Shown here: in pieces, positions 45,319 to 55,197 of the stretch
How the letters are laid out: every line of letters starts with the position of its first letter
Numbering within the stretch: position 1 is the first letter of the stretch
Made by a program: the position numbers and the translations under genes
NCBI GenBank assembly: GCA_036011365.1
Contig: DASCNH010000069.1
Location: 11,467 to 75,466 of the forward strand
Direction of reading: 5' to 3'
Length of the DNA: 64,000 bases
Source of the DNA: Planctomycetota bacterium
GTDB lineage: Bacteria > Planctomycetota > UBA1135 > GCA-002686595
The notes under the pieces: generated by a model
Seen by the model: only the letters and a program-made list of their open reading frames with translations
Database searches by the model: none
Told to the model about the DNA's origin: nothing

Positions 45319-48300
45319 CTACCAGGAGCCGAGGCGCCAGCGGTCGAGCAGGCCCAGGCTCCTGCGACGCCAGCCGAGCAGGGGCTCGACGGTAAACGAG
45401 AGCGTGGCCCCCCCCTCGCCCCGGCGGTTGCCAATGCCGATCTCGAATAGGAAGTCATGGCCCAGGCGGCGCAGGGTCAGCTTTTCGTGCAGGGCCGCAT
45501 CGTCTATGAGGGAGAAGGTCTCGCGGAACTCCACCTCCCACAGGGGCGTGGCCCGGTAGCGGGCGGCGGCGGTGGCCGCCTCGTAGAAGCGGGCGCTGCC
45601 CTCGTCTCGGGCGCTGCGGTAGCCGAGCTCCAGGCCCAACCCATTGACGAGGCGCAGGCCAAGTTCCGTGCGCGAGTAGTCCGTGCGCCCTTCTTCACCG
45701 TCGTAGATGCTGTCGTGCACGAGACCAACGGGCGTCCCGTAGACCTCTCCGCGCCACTCGGCCAGGGTTGAAATCGGTAGCCAACGCCGAGCCGCCCGGG
45801 GCACCTGCTCCCCAAAGCCCGCGCGTAGATCCAAGTCGAAACGCTCGCTCTGGCCCGGCTTGAAAAAGCGCGTCACCAGGCTGAACTCCAGGGCCGTGCC
45901 CCGTGGGTCGTCCTCCAGGGCGTCCATGGGCACGGGCTGCCCTCCGCTCTCGTCCCAACTGAAGGTGTGCCCCAATCCAAGACTCGGGGAGAGCTGGTGC
46001 AGCGCCCCGGAAGCCGCCCGCCGTGAGAAGGTCGTGGACAGGCGGGCGCCGCCTGCGGTCATCAGGCGCAGCGGCCCGTCGTTCTCTTCCACGCCCCGGT
46101 CCCAGGCGGAGACGCGCCCGGCCACATGGGGGGTCAGCTTGAGGCCCGCCCAGCCGAGCTCCATGGGCAGCTCCAGGCGCTGGCCGTGGTCAAAGCGCGC
46201 CACACGCGGCTCTCCATCCACCACGAGCGCCCCGTCATCGAAGAGCAGCTCGTAGCGCTCGTCCCCCTGGCGCCGACGAAACAGGCCCGCGTCGAACTCG
46301 GCACTCCAGAGCAGCTGACCCACATCCCAACTCGCAAGGGGCCTGGGAGCCATGGACAGGCCCGCAGCGGGGAGCTCCTCTACCGCCGAGCGCCAGTTGT
46401 CGGCGGCCATGCGCACACGCGCAGAGCCAAACAGGTTGCCCTCTGACCATCGGCCGTGCAGGTAGGTTTCGCGCTCTTCGAATGTCAGGTAGTCGCTCTC
46501 GAAGAACTCTGCCTGTACGCCGGGGTCGCTTTGCTTGCTGAAAACCAGATCCACCCAGGCCGCTGCTCCCAGGGTCCAACGCCCGCGCCCGCGCATCCAA
46601 CCGCGAAAGTCGTCGCGCTCGTCCTCCTCGACGCGCACCAACCCGCGATCTCCGTGGCCGTCGAAGATGCCATCCCCGTCGATGGTCAGCGCAAAGGACT
46701 CCGGCGCCTTGAGGCGCAAGCCCAATCCGAGCAGGAGCCCACGGGCGCCGAGGTACGAGGCCCGATAGCGCCAACTGCCATCCAGGTTCTCCATGGGCGC
46801 CCCGAGCATGCCCGCCAGCCCCCGGGCCAGATTGCCCGCCTCCCTATTAACTGTGGCGCCAAGGGCGGTGCCAAAACGCGCTGAGTTGGAGAGCACGATG
46901 TTCTCGATGATCGGGTTGCCCTCCTCGTCCGTGGCATAAACGAGCGGCGGCAGGGGCAGGGCCGGTCCCACCGGCAGGCGCAGGACATTGTTGCGGGCCG
47001 CCACAGCCCAGCTGGCGTTGCTAGGCAAAGCGGCCTGACCCGGCCTGGCCGGCCTTGAGCCGCCGGCCGGGGTCACGGTCAGGTCGCCGGTCTCAACCAC
47101 ATAGTGCGGCTTGTCCTGGCCGCAGGAGGTGATGGTCGCGTTGTCCGCATGCAGCGAGCCATCGGCGGAGTGCACCATGTGGCGCGCCTGGGCACGTAGG
47201 CGCTCGGGCTTGTCGCGCACCTCCACATCGAGGATCAGGTCCGCGTCGTCGAGCCAGCCGCCGCCGTGACGCAGGTCCAGAAACATGCGTCGGGCGCGGG
47301 CCCGACGCACCTGCCCTTCGAGAATTTCCAACTCGCCCTCCGCGTAGACGGACTCCACCAGGCCGGCGGTGGAGGCCAGTTCCAGGCCACCCAGGAGCGA
47401 GCCGCGGCCCCCGCCCTGCGCTGTGCGCCGGGCCGCTGCCTCGCGGGCGCTGCCCCGGATACCGCCCGCCACGCGTGTCTCTTCCAGGCCAAAGAGCATC
47501 CGCCCCCGCGCCCGCCAGGACGGCCCGTCGAGCCAGGCCAGCAGCCAACTGCCGAGGATCGCGCGCTGGCCTGAGCGGTGGCCTGAGCGGTGGACCGCTT
47601 CGCTCAGGGCGAGGATCGTCTCCTCCCCTTCAGCGCCGGACGCCCCGGCCCCCTCCACCGGGCCCAGTGAGGCGAACTCCAAGATCCACCCGCCTTCGTC
47701 GACGGTGCCACTCGTCACTCGCCCAAAGGGCATGCTCGGAAGCCAGGTGGAGAAATCCAGATCCAATCTGGCGGTTTCCAGGCACAACTGGCGGCCGGCC
47801 TCCTGGGCAGCAACCTGCACGGTAATCCGAGCCGGATCCCGGGCGGAACCGCCGGCGGTGCTAAGGCCCTTGCCGGTCAGGTCCAGGGTCGCGCCGTTGG
47901 CGCTGAGGCGCTGCCCCAAGCTGAGGCTGTAGCCCCCGCTGGCCACGAGCTGCCGCAGGCGCGGCTCAAAGGGCAGGGGTGGCGCATGCGGCAGGTCGGG
48001 GTCGTGGGGCAAGAGCCGCAAGCGGCCGGCGCTGAGGTCCCAGGCGCTGCCGTCGGCCAGGACGCCGCTGATCTCCGCGGAGCCGTTGAGCAGCAGGCGC
48101 TCGCCGCTGGCCTGCAGTCGGCGCGCACGGGCGCGCAGGGGAGTGCGCTGGGGCAGGCCGCCCGCTCCAGAGACTCCGTTTCCGTTCCGGTCCCAGGTCA
48201 GGTCCGCGTCAAGGACCTCGAGGAACTCCCCGCCGAAGACAATGCGCGAACCCGTCACGCTCCAGGGAATGCCGCTGGCGCCGAGGGCCCCGCTGGCCTC

Positions 48301-50412
48301 CACCGGTTCGCCGTCACTCTCCAGGAAGCCTGTGCCGTCCGGGTGAACGACCAGACGCCCGGTTAGGCCCCCATCAATTTCAATCAGGCTGCGCGTGGCC
48401 GGCTCCCAGAGCACGGCACTCACCGCTCCCCGGGCGCGGGCCTCGTCTCCCACCAACTCAATGTTCAGCCCGCGCACTTCGCGCAGGGAGAGTTCAGGGA
48501 CCACCCTTTGGGCCGTACTTGTGTAGTGCGCCGGAGCCGCTGCTGTACCGGTCATGCTGAGCTCCTCTGGCCCCCGGCGCTCCACATGCTCGGCGGTTAC
48601 CTTCCAGTCGGCCCCGGTCAACTCCACGTCGCCTGTGGCCGTGAAGGTGCCGGCCACCGAGTCCAGGTCCCGCAACTCCTGGGCGCGTACGGCGAGCTCC
48701 TCGGCTCCCTGAAGCTGGAGGGTCGCGCCTCCGGCTCGCCGCAAGGAAAAAGAGCCGTTGGTACCTGCCGTCTCCAGGCCGCGGGCCGCATGGAGCGTGA
48801 AGTGTTCGCCATCAGACGCTCTCCCCGAGAGGTGGGTTTCGCCCTCCGTCACCAGGTGCAGGACACCGTTGGCTTCTCGCCTTCCGGCGACCAGCCCCTC
48901 CGCCCTCAGGGCGCCGGAGTCCCGGTTGCCTGGCTCCCCGCCCCCCGCCTCCGGGGCGCCCGACCCTTGCGGTGCAACGAGCAAGACGGCGGGACCTTGG
49001 AGGCTGAATCCCGCGGCCTCGTCGCGCTCCGTTCCCGGGCCTGGCCCCGCAGCACTGTCCTGTTCGCCGTCAGCGCCCGCCGCCGGGGAGGCGAAGGAAA
49101 CCGTCAGCGGGCCTTCTCCGCTCAAGACCAACATCCTGCCGGTCACTGGGGTGTCGGCCGACTGCTCCTCGACATCTCCAGTTGGGGAACCTGCCAGGGG
49201 TATGCGCCCGGTCACCTTCCCCGTCCGCGCCGCACGGAGTTCGGCCTGCCGCGGCTGACCGCCTGCGAACATGACGATGTCGGCTCGCTCGCCGGAAAAG
49301 AGGTCGCCCCCGCGCCGCAGGGTGACCGAGCCGCTGGCGCGCGCGGCGGTCAGGCCGAGAGCGTTCTGCAGCTCGGCCTCAGCTTCAGATTTCTCCTCTT
49401 CTGGACCATCCGCGGGGTTTCCCGTCGGCCGCTGGCTCCCTTCCAGGTGCACCGCCTCCGCATCAAGGCGGGCGCCCCCATCCAAAACCAGGCGGCAGCC
49501 TTCCGAGCCGTCCACGGTGAAGCGGCCCCCTTGCTGCCCCGGGCCGGGAAGCTGGCGCACCAACACCAGTGGACCGTTCGAGGTCATCCTCGCCCGCCGC
49601 CGCGCGCCCCCCTCCATCAGCAACTCACCGTCAGCTCCAAACACCGCACGGCCCTCCTCCGGGGAGATGACCAAGCCTTCGCCGAGGGCCTCCAGGCCGG
49701 GCGCCGTCAGGTTGACCGCGCCGCTGGCGATCCACTCGCCACCGCTGGGATCACCTTCCATGTGCCTGGCGCGCAACGTCGTCGGTGCCAGCACATCGCC
49801 CCGCCAAGTGGCCGTGGCCCGGTCCAAGACAACCGCGCCGCCTTCGCCGATGGAGTAGATGGCGCTGTCGCCGTGCGCCCCGGAGTGCGCTTCATCGGTG
49901 ATTTCCACCAGGCCTTCTTCCGCCACCACCTGCAGGCGGACGCCGCTGCTTTCCTCGTCGTAGACCTCCACCTCCACGTCGTGCAGGCGGTAGGTGTCTC
50001 CCGTCAGGTGGTCCACATCCCGGGCGAGAACATGGTAGACAATCGGCCGCGCGGCCCGGGCTGGATCCGTGGCCTCGTTGGAGTTCGCGGGGCCCGGTGT
50101 GCGGCGGGCGCCATAGCGCGTGTAGTCGAGCTCTCCATCCAAGACAATGCGCACCTTCTCCGGTGAACCCGCCTCCGGCTGCACGTCACCACCTGCGGCC
50201 GCTCCGCTGCCGGTCCCGGTCCCTGCCCGCACGGGGACGCTGGCCCCGCCCCGGCCGGCCCCCTCCCGGCGAGACTGCTCCGCTGCTTTCTGGGAACTCC
50301 GCTGCAAGCTCCCGCCGACGCCGAGCAGTTCATCGCTTTGCTTCCAGTCGAGGACGAGTATCAGCACCAGCCCCGCTCCGAACAGGAACAGGAAGCGGAC
50401 CGCGTTTTTCAT
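45319..50412 (-). CDS. lptD: giant LptD/OstA-family outer-membrane protein (about 1,697 aa) with ~1,000-aa N-terminal extension
   Basis: The ATG at 50412 forms an ATGA overlap with the kdsC stop. An N-terminal hydrophobic helix FLFLFGAGLVLILVL is present. An OstA-like segment plus the LptD-type signature HADNATITSCGQDKPHYVVETGDLTV occur around residue 1,080. The C-terminal ~600 aa are rich in alternating beta-strand patterns and end in aromatic residues. Confidence 0.8.
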   Translation of the reverse strand: MKNAVRFLFLFGAGLVLILVLDWKQSDELLGVGGSLQRSSQKAAEQSRREGAGRGGASVPVRAGTGTGSGAAAGGDVQPEAGSPEKVRIVLDGELDYTRYGARRTPGPANSNEATDPARAARPIVYHVLARDVDHLTGDTYRLHDVEVEVYDEESSGVRLQVVAEEGLVEITDEAHSGAHGDSAIYSIGEGGAVVLDRATATWRGDVLAPTTLRARHMEGDPSGGEWIASGAVNLTAPGLEALGEGLVISPEEGRAVFGADGELLMEGGARRRARMTSNGPLVLVRQLPGPGQQGGRFTVDGSEGCRLVLDGGARLDAEAVHLEGSQRPTGNPADGPEEEKSEAEAELQNALGLTAARASGSVTLRRGGDLFSGERADIVMFAGGQPRQAELRAARTGKVTGRIPLAGSPTGDVEEQSADTPVTGRMLVLSGEGPLTVSFASPAAGADGEQDSAAGPGPGTERDEAAGFSLQGPAVLLVAPQGSGAPEAGGGEPGNRDSGALRAEGLVAGRREANGVLHLVTEGETHLSGRASDGEHFTLHAARGLETAGTNGSFSLRRAGGATLQLQGAEELAVRAQELRDLDSVAGTFTATGDVELTGADWKVTAEHVERRGPEELSMTGTAAAPAHYTSTAQRVVPELSLREVRGLNIELVGDEARARGAVSAVLWEPATRSLIEIDGGLTGRLVVHPDGTGFLESDGEPVEASGALGASGIPWSVTGSRIVFGGEFLEVLDADLTWDRNGNGVSGAGGLPQRTPLRARARRLQASGERLLLNGSAEISGVLADGSAWDLSAGRLRLLPHDPDLPHAPPLPFEPRLRQLVASGGYSLSLGQRLSANGATLDLTGKGLSTAGGSARDPARITVQVAAQEAGRQLCLETARLDLDFSTWLPSMPFGRVTSGTVDEGGWILEFASLGPVEGAGASGAEGEETILALSEAVHRSGHRSGQRAILGSWLLAWLDGPSWRARGRMLFGLEETRVAGGIRGSAREAAARRTAQGGGRGSLLGGLELASTAGLVESVYAEGELEILEGQVRRARARRMFLDLRHGGGWLDDADLILDVEVRDKPERLRAQARHMVHSADGSLHADNATITSCGQDKPHYVVETGDLTVTPAGGSRPARPGQAALPSNASWAVAARNNVLRLPVGPALPLPPLVYATDEEGNPIIENIVLSNSARFGTALGATVNREAGNLARGLAGMLGAPMENLDGSWRYRASYLGARGLLLGLGLRLKAPESFALTIDGDGIFDGHGDRGLVRVEEDERDDFRGWMRGRGRWTLGAAAWVDLVFSKQSDPGVQAEFFESDYLTFEERETYLHGRWSEGNLFGSARVRMAADNWRSAVEELPAAGLSMAPRPLASWDVGQLLWSAEFDAGLFRRRQGDERYELLFDDGALVVDGEPRVARFDHGQRLELPMELGWAGLKLTPHVAGRVSAWDRGVEENDGPLRLMTAGGARLSTTFSRRAASGALHQLSPSLGLGHTFSWDESGGQPVPMDALEDDPRGTALEFSLVTRFFKPGQSERFDLDLRAGFGEQVPRAARRWLPISTLAEWRGEVYGTPVGLVHDSIYDGEEGRTDYSRTELGLRLVNGLGLELGYRSARDEGSARFYEAATAAARYRATPLWEVEFRETFSLIDDAALHEKLTLRRLGHDFLFEIGIGNRRGEGGATLSFTVEPLLGWRRRSLGLLDRWRLGSW

Positions 50413-50948
50413 GCCCAAGACGAGGCGACGATCTCGTCCCAGACCTCCCGCGCCTTGAGGATCACTTCGCAGACTTCGCGCGCCGCGCCGTGACCGGCCC
50501 GTGCCGTGCTCACCCAGTCGGCGGCCGCGCGCACTTCCGTCACGCCATCGGCGGGCGCCACGAAGAGCCGAGCCCCCTGGGCCAAGGCCAGGTCGGGGAT
50601 GTCGTCGCCCATGGCGAGGGTCTCGTCCGGCGTGATGCCGAGCCGCCCCTGTACCTCTTCCAGTACCGCGCCCTTCTGCCCCACGCCCAGGTGCAGCTCA
50701 CTGACGCCGAGTCCCGCCGCCCGCTCGCGCGTCGCGTCGCAGCCCCGACCACTGATCCAGGCCACCTCTATTCCCGCCCGGCGCAGCCAGACCAGCCCCT
50801 GGCCGTCGCGTACACAAAAACTCTGGGCCTCCCCGCCGGGGGTCAGCCGTACCGCGCCGTCGGTCAGGGTTCCGTCCACATCCAGCACCACCAGACGGAT
50901 CTCCGCCAGGGCGGCTCGGTGTTCGGTAAGAAAGGCCCCGGCATCCAC
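50409..50948 (-). CDS. kdsC: KDO 8-phosphate phosphatase (HAD superfamily)
   Basis: LVVLDVDGTLTDG, FCVRDGQGL, ISGR, AMGDDIPDL. Confidence 0.85.
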   Translation of the reverse strand: MDAGAFLTEHRAALAEIRLVVLDVDGTLTDGAVRLTPGGEAQSFCVRDGQGLVWLRRAGIEVAWISGRGCDATRERAAGLGVSELHLGVGQKGAVLEEVQGRLGITPDETLAMGDDIPDLALAQGARLFVAPADGVTEVRAAADWVSTARAGHGAAREVCEVILKAREVWDEIVASSWA

Positions 50949-51073
50949 GGCGCCTACAATAACGGGAGCGCCCAGATGGAAACAGCCGGGAGGCGCCCGG
51001 TCGGCATGGGGACCGGAACCCCCGGGGGGGGTGGCCCTGGCGACGGCGGTGGGCCCGGCGGCAGCTCCTTGCC

Positions 51074-52063
51074 CTACAGCCGGAGGTCGAGGAGGTCTTG
51101 GACGTCGACCAGCCCGACGGGGTGGCCAGCTGTGTCTACGACAGGGGCCTGGTCGATGCGGTTTTCCTGGAGCAGGCGGTGGGCCTCGGCGACCAGTTGT
51201 TCGGGGTGTAGCACCTTTGGGTTGCGACCCATGTACTCGTCCACTGGGGAGGCCAGGCCGCTGGTGTCGCCGCTCTCCAGCAGGCGGCGCAGGTCGCCGT
51301 CGGTGAAGATGCCCAGGAGGTTGCCCGCGTCATCCACCACCAGCGCGGCGCCCGGACGGCCACGCGTCTTGGAGGTGGAGATCAGGACTTCGCTGACGCT
51401 GCTGCCCGCTTGCACGATGGGCAGCTCCGCGCCGCTGCGCATGACCTCGCCCACGGTCAGGAGGTTGCGTCCCAGCTGGCCCGAGGGGTGAAAAAGTGCG
51501 TAGTCGGAGCGATCGAAGTTGTGCTCCTCCAGCACCACCATGGCGAGCGCATCGCCCAGGGCCAGCATGGCCGAGGTGCTGGCCGTGGGTGCCAGGCGCA
51601 GGGGGCAGGCCTCTTCAACGGCACCGATGTTCAGGATGTGGTCAGCGTGGCGGCCGAGGGTCGAATCAGCCTGCCCGGTCATGGCCAGGATCCCGGCGCC
51701 GATTTTGCGTGCGGCGGGGATCACCGCGTTGACTTCATCTGTCTCGCCGGAGTTTGAGATGGCCAGCAGCAAATCCGCCGGGCGGATGCGCCCCAGATCC
51801 CCGTGCAGGGCCTCCGCTGGGTGCAGGAAAAAGGACGGCGTGCCGGTGCTGGCCAGGGTGGCGGATATCTTCTGGCCCACGAGCCCGGCCTTGCCCATGC
51901 CGGTCACGACCAGCTGGCCCTCGCAGGCCAGGATAGCGTCCACGCAGGCGTCAAAGCCCTCGTCCAGGAGCTCTTCCAGGCGCGCGATGGCGCGCACCTC
52001 GGCCGCGATGACCTCCGCCGCCCGGGCGTGGCGGGCGGCGCGTGTTTCTCGGTTGGCGGCCAT
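51074..52063 (-). CDS. kdsD: arabinose-5-phosphate isomerase (SIS + tandem CBS)
   Basis: VVTGMGKAGLVGQKISATLASTGTPSFFLHPAEALHGDLG, SNSGET, and C-terminal CBS pair. Confidence 0.9.
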   Translation of the reverse strand: MAANRETRAARHARAAEVIAAEVRAIARLEELLDEGFDACVDAILACEGQLVVTGMGKAGLVGQKISATLASTGTPSFFLHPAEALHGDLGRIRPADLLLAISNSGETDEVNAVIPAARKIGAGILAMTGQADSTLGRHADHILNIGAVEEACPLRLAPTASTSAMLALGDALAMVVLEEHNFDRSDYALFHPSGQLGRNLLTVGEVMRSGAELPIVQAGSSVSEVLISTSKTRGRPGAALVVDDAGNLLGIFTDGDLRRLLESGDTSGLASPVDEYMGRNPKVLHPEQLVAEAHRLLQENRIDQAPVVDTAGHPVGLVDVQDLLDLRL

Positions 52064-52156
52064 GGGCGCGGGATTCTACGCCTCGCCACGGGGAACGGAC
52101 AGGGCGGCTTGCTATAACGCCCCTCTGCGCCTGCCCCGCGCCCTGCTCCCCTATCC

Positions 52157-52810
52157 ATGGAAACCGCCCAGCTAGTTCAGATCGTCGCGACCATCTCCCT
52201 GCTCGTGGTCTCCCTGGGTGTCCACGAGGCGGCCCACGCCTGGATGGCCAACCGCTGCGGCGACGGCACGGCCAAGGCCCTGGGCCGCCTGACAGTGAAC
52301 CCGTTGGCGCACATCGACCCCTTCATGACGATCATCCTGCCGCTGCTCCTGGTCGTCTCCGGCAGCTCCTTTCTCTTCGGCGGCGCCAAGCCAGTGCCCG
52401 TCAACCCCCTCAACCTGCGCCGCCCCTTGCGGGACATGATGCTCGTGGCCCTGGCCGGACCCATTTCCAATGTGGTCCTGGCCTGCTGCTTCGCCCTGGC
52501 CTGGAAGGGGCTGGTCTACTCAGGCGCCTATGACAACGCTGCCCTCCTGCCGCGCGTCATGGGCCAAGCCATGACCTTCAACCTGGTGCTCGCCATCTTC
52601 AACATGATCCCCATCCCGCCCCTGGACGGCTCGCGCGTCATGGCCTGGCTGCTGCCACCGGCCGTGCGCGAAACCTATGTGGGCCTGGAGCGCTTCGGCA
52701 TGTTGATCGTTTTTGGCCTGCTCTTCACCGGGCTCTTCGGCACGGTCATCCGCGGCGCCATGACCCCGGCCCTCGACATGGTGGACATGATGACCGGAGG
52801 AGTCTGGTAA
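52157..52810 (+). CDS. site-2 protease family (peptidase M50) membrane metalloprotease
   Basis: HExxH in GVHEAAHAWMA, NPLAHIDPF, NMIPIPPLDGSRV. Confidence 0.85.
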   Translation: METAQLVQIVATISLLVVSLGVHEAAHAWMANRCGDGTAKALGRLTVNPLAHIDPFMTIILPLLLVVSGSSFLFGGAKPVPVNPLNLRRPLRDMMLVALAGPISNVVLACCFALAWKGLVYSGAYDNAALLPRVMGQAMTFNLVLAIFNMIPIPPLDGSRVMAWLLPPAVRETYVGLERFGMLIVFGLLFTGLFGTVIRGAMTPALDMVDMMTGGVW

Positions 52811-52815
52811 CGCCC

Positions 52816-53718
52816 ATGACCGAGGAAGGCAAAGCCGCGCCCCAGGCTCAAGACGAGTATCAGGTCTACCTGTCCCAGGTCTTTTCCGGTCCCCTGGATC
52901 TGCTCCTGCACCTGGTCAAGGAGCAGGAGGTAGAGATCAGCGAGGTCAAGATAAGCGAGGTCGTCGACGGTTACCTTGAATACGTGCGGGCCCTGGAGGA
53001 GCTCGACCTGGAGCTGGCCGGCGAGTTCCTGGTCCTGGCGGCCACGTTGATGTCCATCAAGTCGCGTTCGCTGCTGCCTTCGGACGAGGTCAGCCTGGAA
53101 GACGACCTCGATCCCCAGGACGAACTCATCCAACGCCTGATCGAGTACCGCCGCTTCCGTGGCGCCGCCGACGACCTGGGCGAGCGCTACCGGCGCCGCG
53201 CCGAAGAGCACGGCCGGGGCTATCGCCACGAAGCCCGCGACGCCGCCGGCGAACCGACGCTGGACCTCTCGGAGCTCTCCGTCTGGGATCTGCTCTCCAC
53301 CTTCTCCCGCCTGCTGCGCGAGACGCGCTCCGCCCGCCCCCACCGGGTGGCCTCGGACCCGCGCCCCCTGCGCTGGTACGTGGCGAGCATCGTCGACCGC
53401 CTGCGCAGCCGAGGTTCCCTGACGCTGACCGAGCTGGTGGCCGGCCTGGACGGCGAAGCCACCCGCGATACCCTGGTCGGCGCCTTCTGTGCCCTGTTGG
53501 AGCTCGTACGCCTGGGCCTGGCCTCGCCGCGCCAGGAAACCGGTGCCGATGGGACAGAACGGGCCGAGATCCGCCTTCACTTCACGGGCGAGGTCGCCGA
53601 GGGTGCAAACGACGATGGCGGCGCCGCCGACCTGGAGCGCCTCCTGGCCGCCACACGCTTCGCTGACGAGGAGCCCGATGAAAACGAGGGGGCCGATGAA
53701 AGCGCCGCCGAGGCCTAG
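52816..53718 (+). CDS. scpA: segregation and condensation protein A
   Basis: YQVYLSQVFSGPLDLLLHLVKEQEVEISEVKISEVVDGYLEYV, followed by the kleisin-like middle and C-terminal winged-helix region. Confidence 0.85.
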   Translation: MTEEGKAAPQAQDEYQVYLSQVFSGPLDLLLHLVKEQEVEISEVKISEVVDGYLEYVRALEELDLELAGEFLVLAATLMSIKSRSLLPSDEVSLEDDLDPQDELIQRLIEYRRFRGAADDLGERYRRRAEEHGRGYRHEARDAAGEPTLDLSELSVWDLLSTFSRLLRETRSARPHRVASDPRPLRWYVASIVDRLRSRGSLTLTELVAGLDGEATRDTLVGAFCALLELVRLGLASPRQETGADGTERAEIRLHFTGEVAEGANDDGGAADLERLLAATRFADEEPDENEGADESAAEA

Positions 53719-53867
53719 CCCTAGTGTCGTGGGTTGGGCCCCGGTTTGCGCCCCTTGACTGTGGCCCGCCGGGGCACTCCCGCGCTAGACTGGCCCGTTC
53801 CTGATTCACCGCCGGAAGTCCTCCCCGAGGTCCGGCCCCCCGCCGCCACGCCACCCCAAAAAGCCCG

Positions 53868-54191
53868 ATGAGCACCGCCGCAGACGTCACTGACAGCACC
53901 TGGGAAAGCACCGTAGTCCAGAGCGACACACCCGTTCTCGTCGATTTTTGGGCGGACTGGTGCATGCCCTGCAAGAGCATGGGCCCGCTCGTCGACAAGC
54001 TGGCCGAGGAACTCGCAGGCCGCCTCAAGGTGGTCAAGATCAACACCCAGGACAACACGGAGGTGCCCGCCCGCTACGGCATCATCTCCATCCCCACCTT
54101 CCTGATCATCAAGGGCGGCGAGGTCGTGCACCAACTGACCGGCGCCATGCCCTACGAGGGCCTGAAGTCCCAGGTCGAAGCGCAGCTTTAG
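53868..54191 (+). CDS. trxA: thioredoxin
   Basis: 107 aa with VLVDFWADWCMPCK and YGIISIPTFLIIKGGEV. Confidence 0.95.
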   Translation: MSTAADVTDSTWESTVVQSDTPVLVDFWADWCMPCKSMGPLVDKLAEELAGRLKVVKINTQDNTEVPARYGIISIPTFLIIKGGEVVHQLTGAMPYEGLKSQVEAQL

Positions 54192-54255
54192 CCAATGGCC
54201 AATCACTGGTTGGGCGCGGCCCTGGCCCGACCAACGGCTCGCCTGCGGCCCCATT

Positions 54256-55197
54256 TTGAAGGTCCTCTTCCTCGGCTCACCTCCCTTCGGGACCGCCGTC
54301 CTTGCGGCGCTGATCGATAGCGAGCACGAGCTGGTGGGCGTCGTCACGCCGCCGGAACGGCCCAGCGGCCGCGGCCGCAAGCGACGCGGCTCACCCCTGT
54401 CCGCCATGGCGGAGGAAAACGGACTCGCCCTCCTGCGGCCCACCGAACCCCGTGGCCACGCCTTCCTGGATGCCCTCGCCGCCCTAGACCCCGGCGTCCT
54501 GCTCGTCGCCAGCTACGGCGTCATCCTGGGCCAGGAGATCCTGGACCTCGCCCCCGGGGGCGCCCTCAATGTCCACGCCTCGCTCCTGCCGCGCCACCGG
54601 GGGGCCTCCCCCATCCAGCACGCCATCCTGGCCGGCGACACGCACACGGGTATCTCCATCCAACGCATGGTCCTGGCCCTCGACCGGGGAGATGTGCTGC
54701 TCGCCCGGAAAACAGAGATCGAGCCGGACGAAAGCGCCGGTGAACTCCTCGCGCGTCTGGCGCCCCTGGGCGGCTCCTCCGCCGTGGCAGCCCTAGACCT
54801 GCTCGCCGCCGGCCGCGCCACCTTCACGCCCCAGGACGAGTCCGCCGCCAGCTGGGCGCCCCTGCTCAAGAAGGCCGATGGCGAGCTGGACTTTTCGCGT
54901 CCCGCCGCCGAACTCGTCCGGCGCGTGCGCGCCATGACCCCCTGGCCCGGCGCCCGCGCACAACTCGGTGGCGGCCAGGCTCTGGGGATCGTAGGCGCCG
55001 CGGCCAGCGGCGACTCGGGGTTGGCCGCACAGGCCCCCGGCACGCTGCTCGCCGACGGCCAGGGCCGCTTCCTCGTGGCCACCGGCGCCGGTTCCCTCGA
55101 ACTCACCACGGTCAAGCCCGCCGGAAAGGCCGCCATGGACGGCGCCGCCTTCCTGCGCGGGGCACGCCTCGAACCTGGGGAGGTGCTCGGTGCCTGA
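54256..55197 (+). CDS. fmt: methionyl-tRNA formyltransferase
   Basis: TTG start. VLFLGSPPFGTAVLAAL, NVHASLLPRHRGASPIQHAIL, and C-terminal beta-barrel domain. Confidence 0.9.
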   Translation: MKVLFLGSPPFGTAVLAALIDSEHELVGVVTPPERPSGRGRKRRGSPLSAMAEENGLALLRPTEPRGHAFLDALAALDPGVLLVASYGVILGQEILDLAPGGALNVHASLLPRHRGASPIQHAILAGDTHTGISIQRMVLALDRGDVLLARKTEIEPDESAGELLARLAPLGGSSAVAALDLLAAGRATFTPQDESAASWAPLLKKADGELDFSRPAAELVRRVRAMTPWPGARAQLGGGQALGIVGAAASGDSGLAAQAPGTLLADGQGRFLVATGAGSLELTTVKPAGKAAMDGAAFLRGARLEPGEVLGA

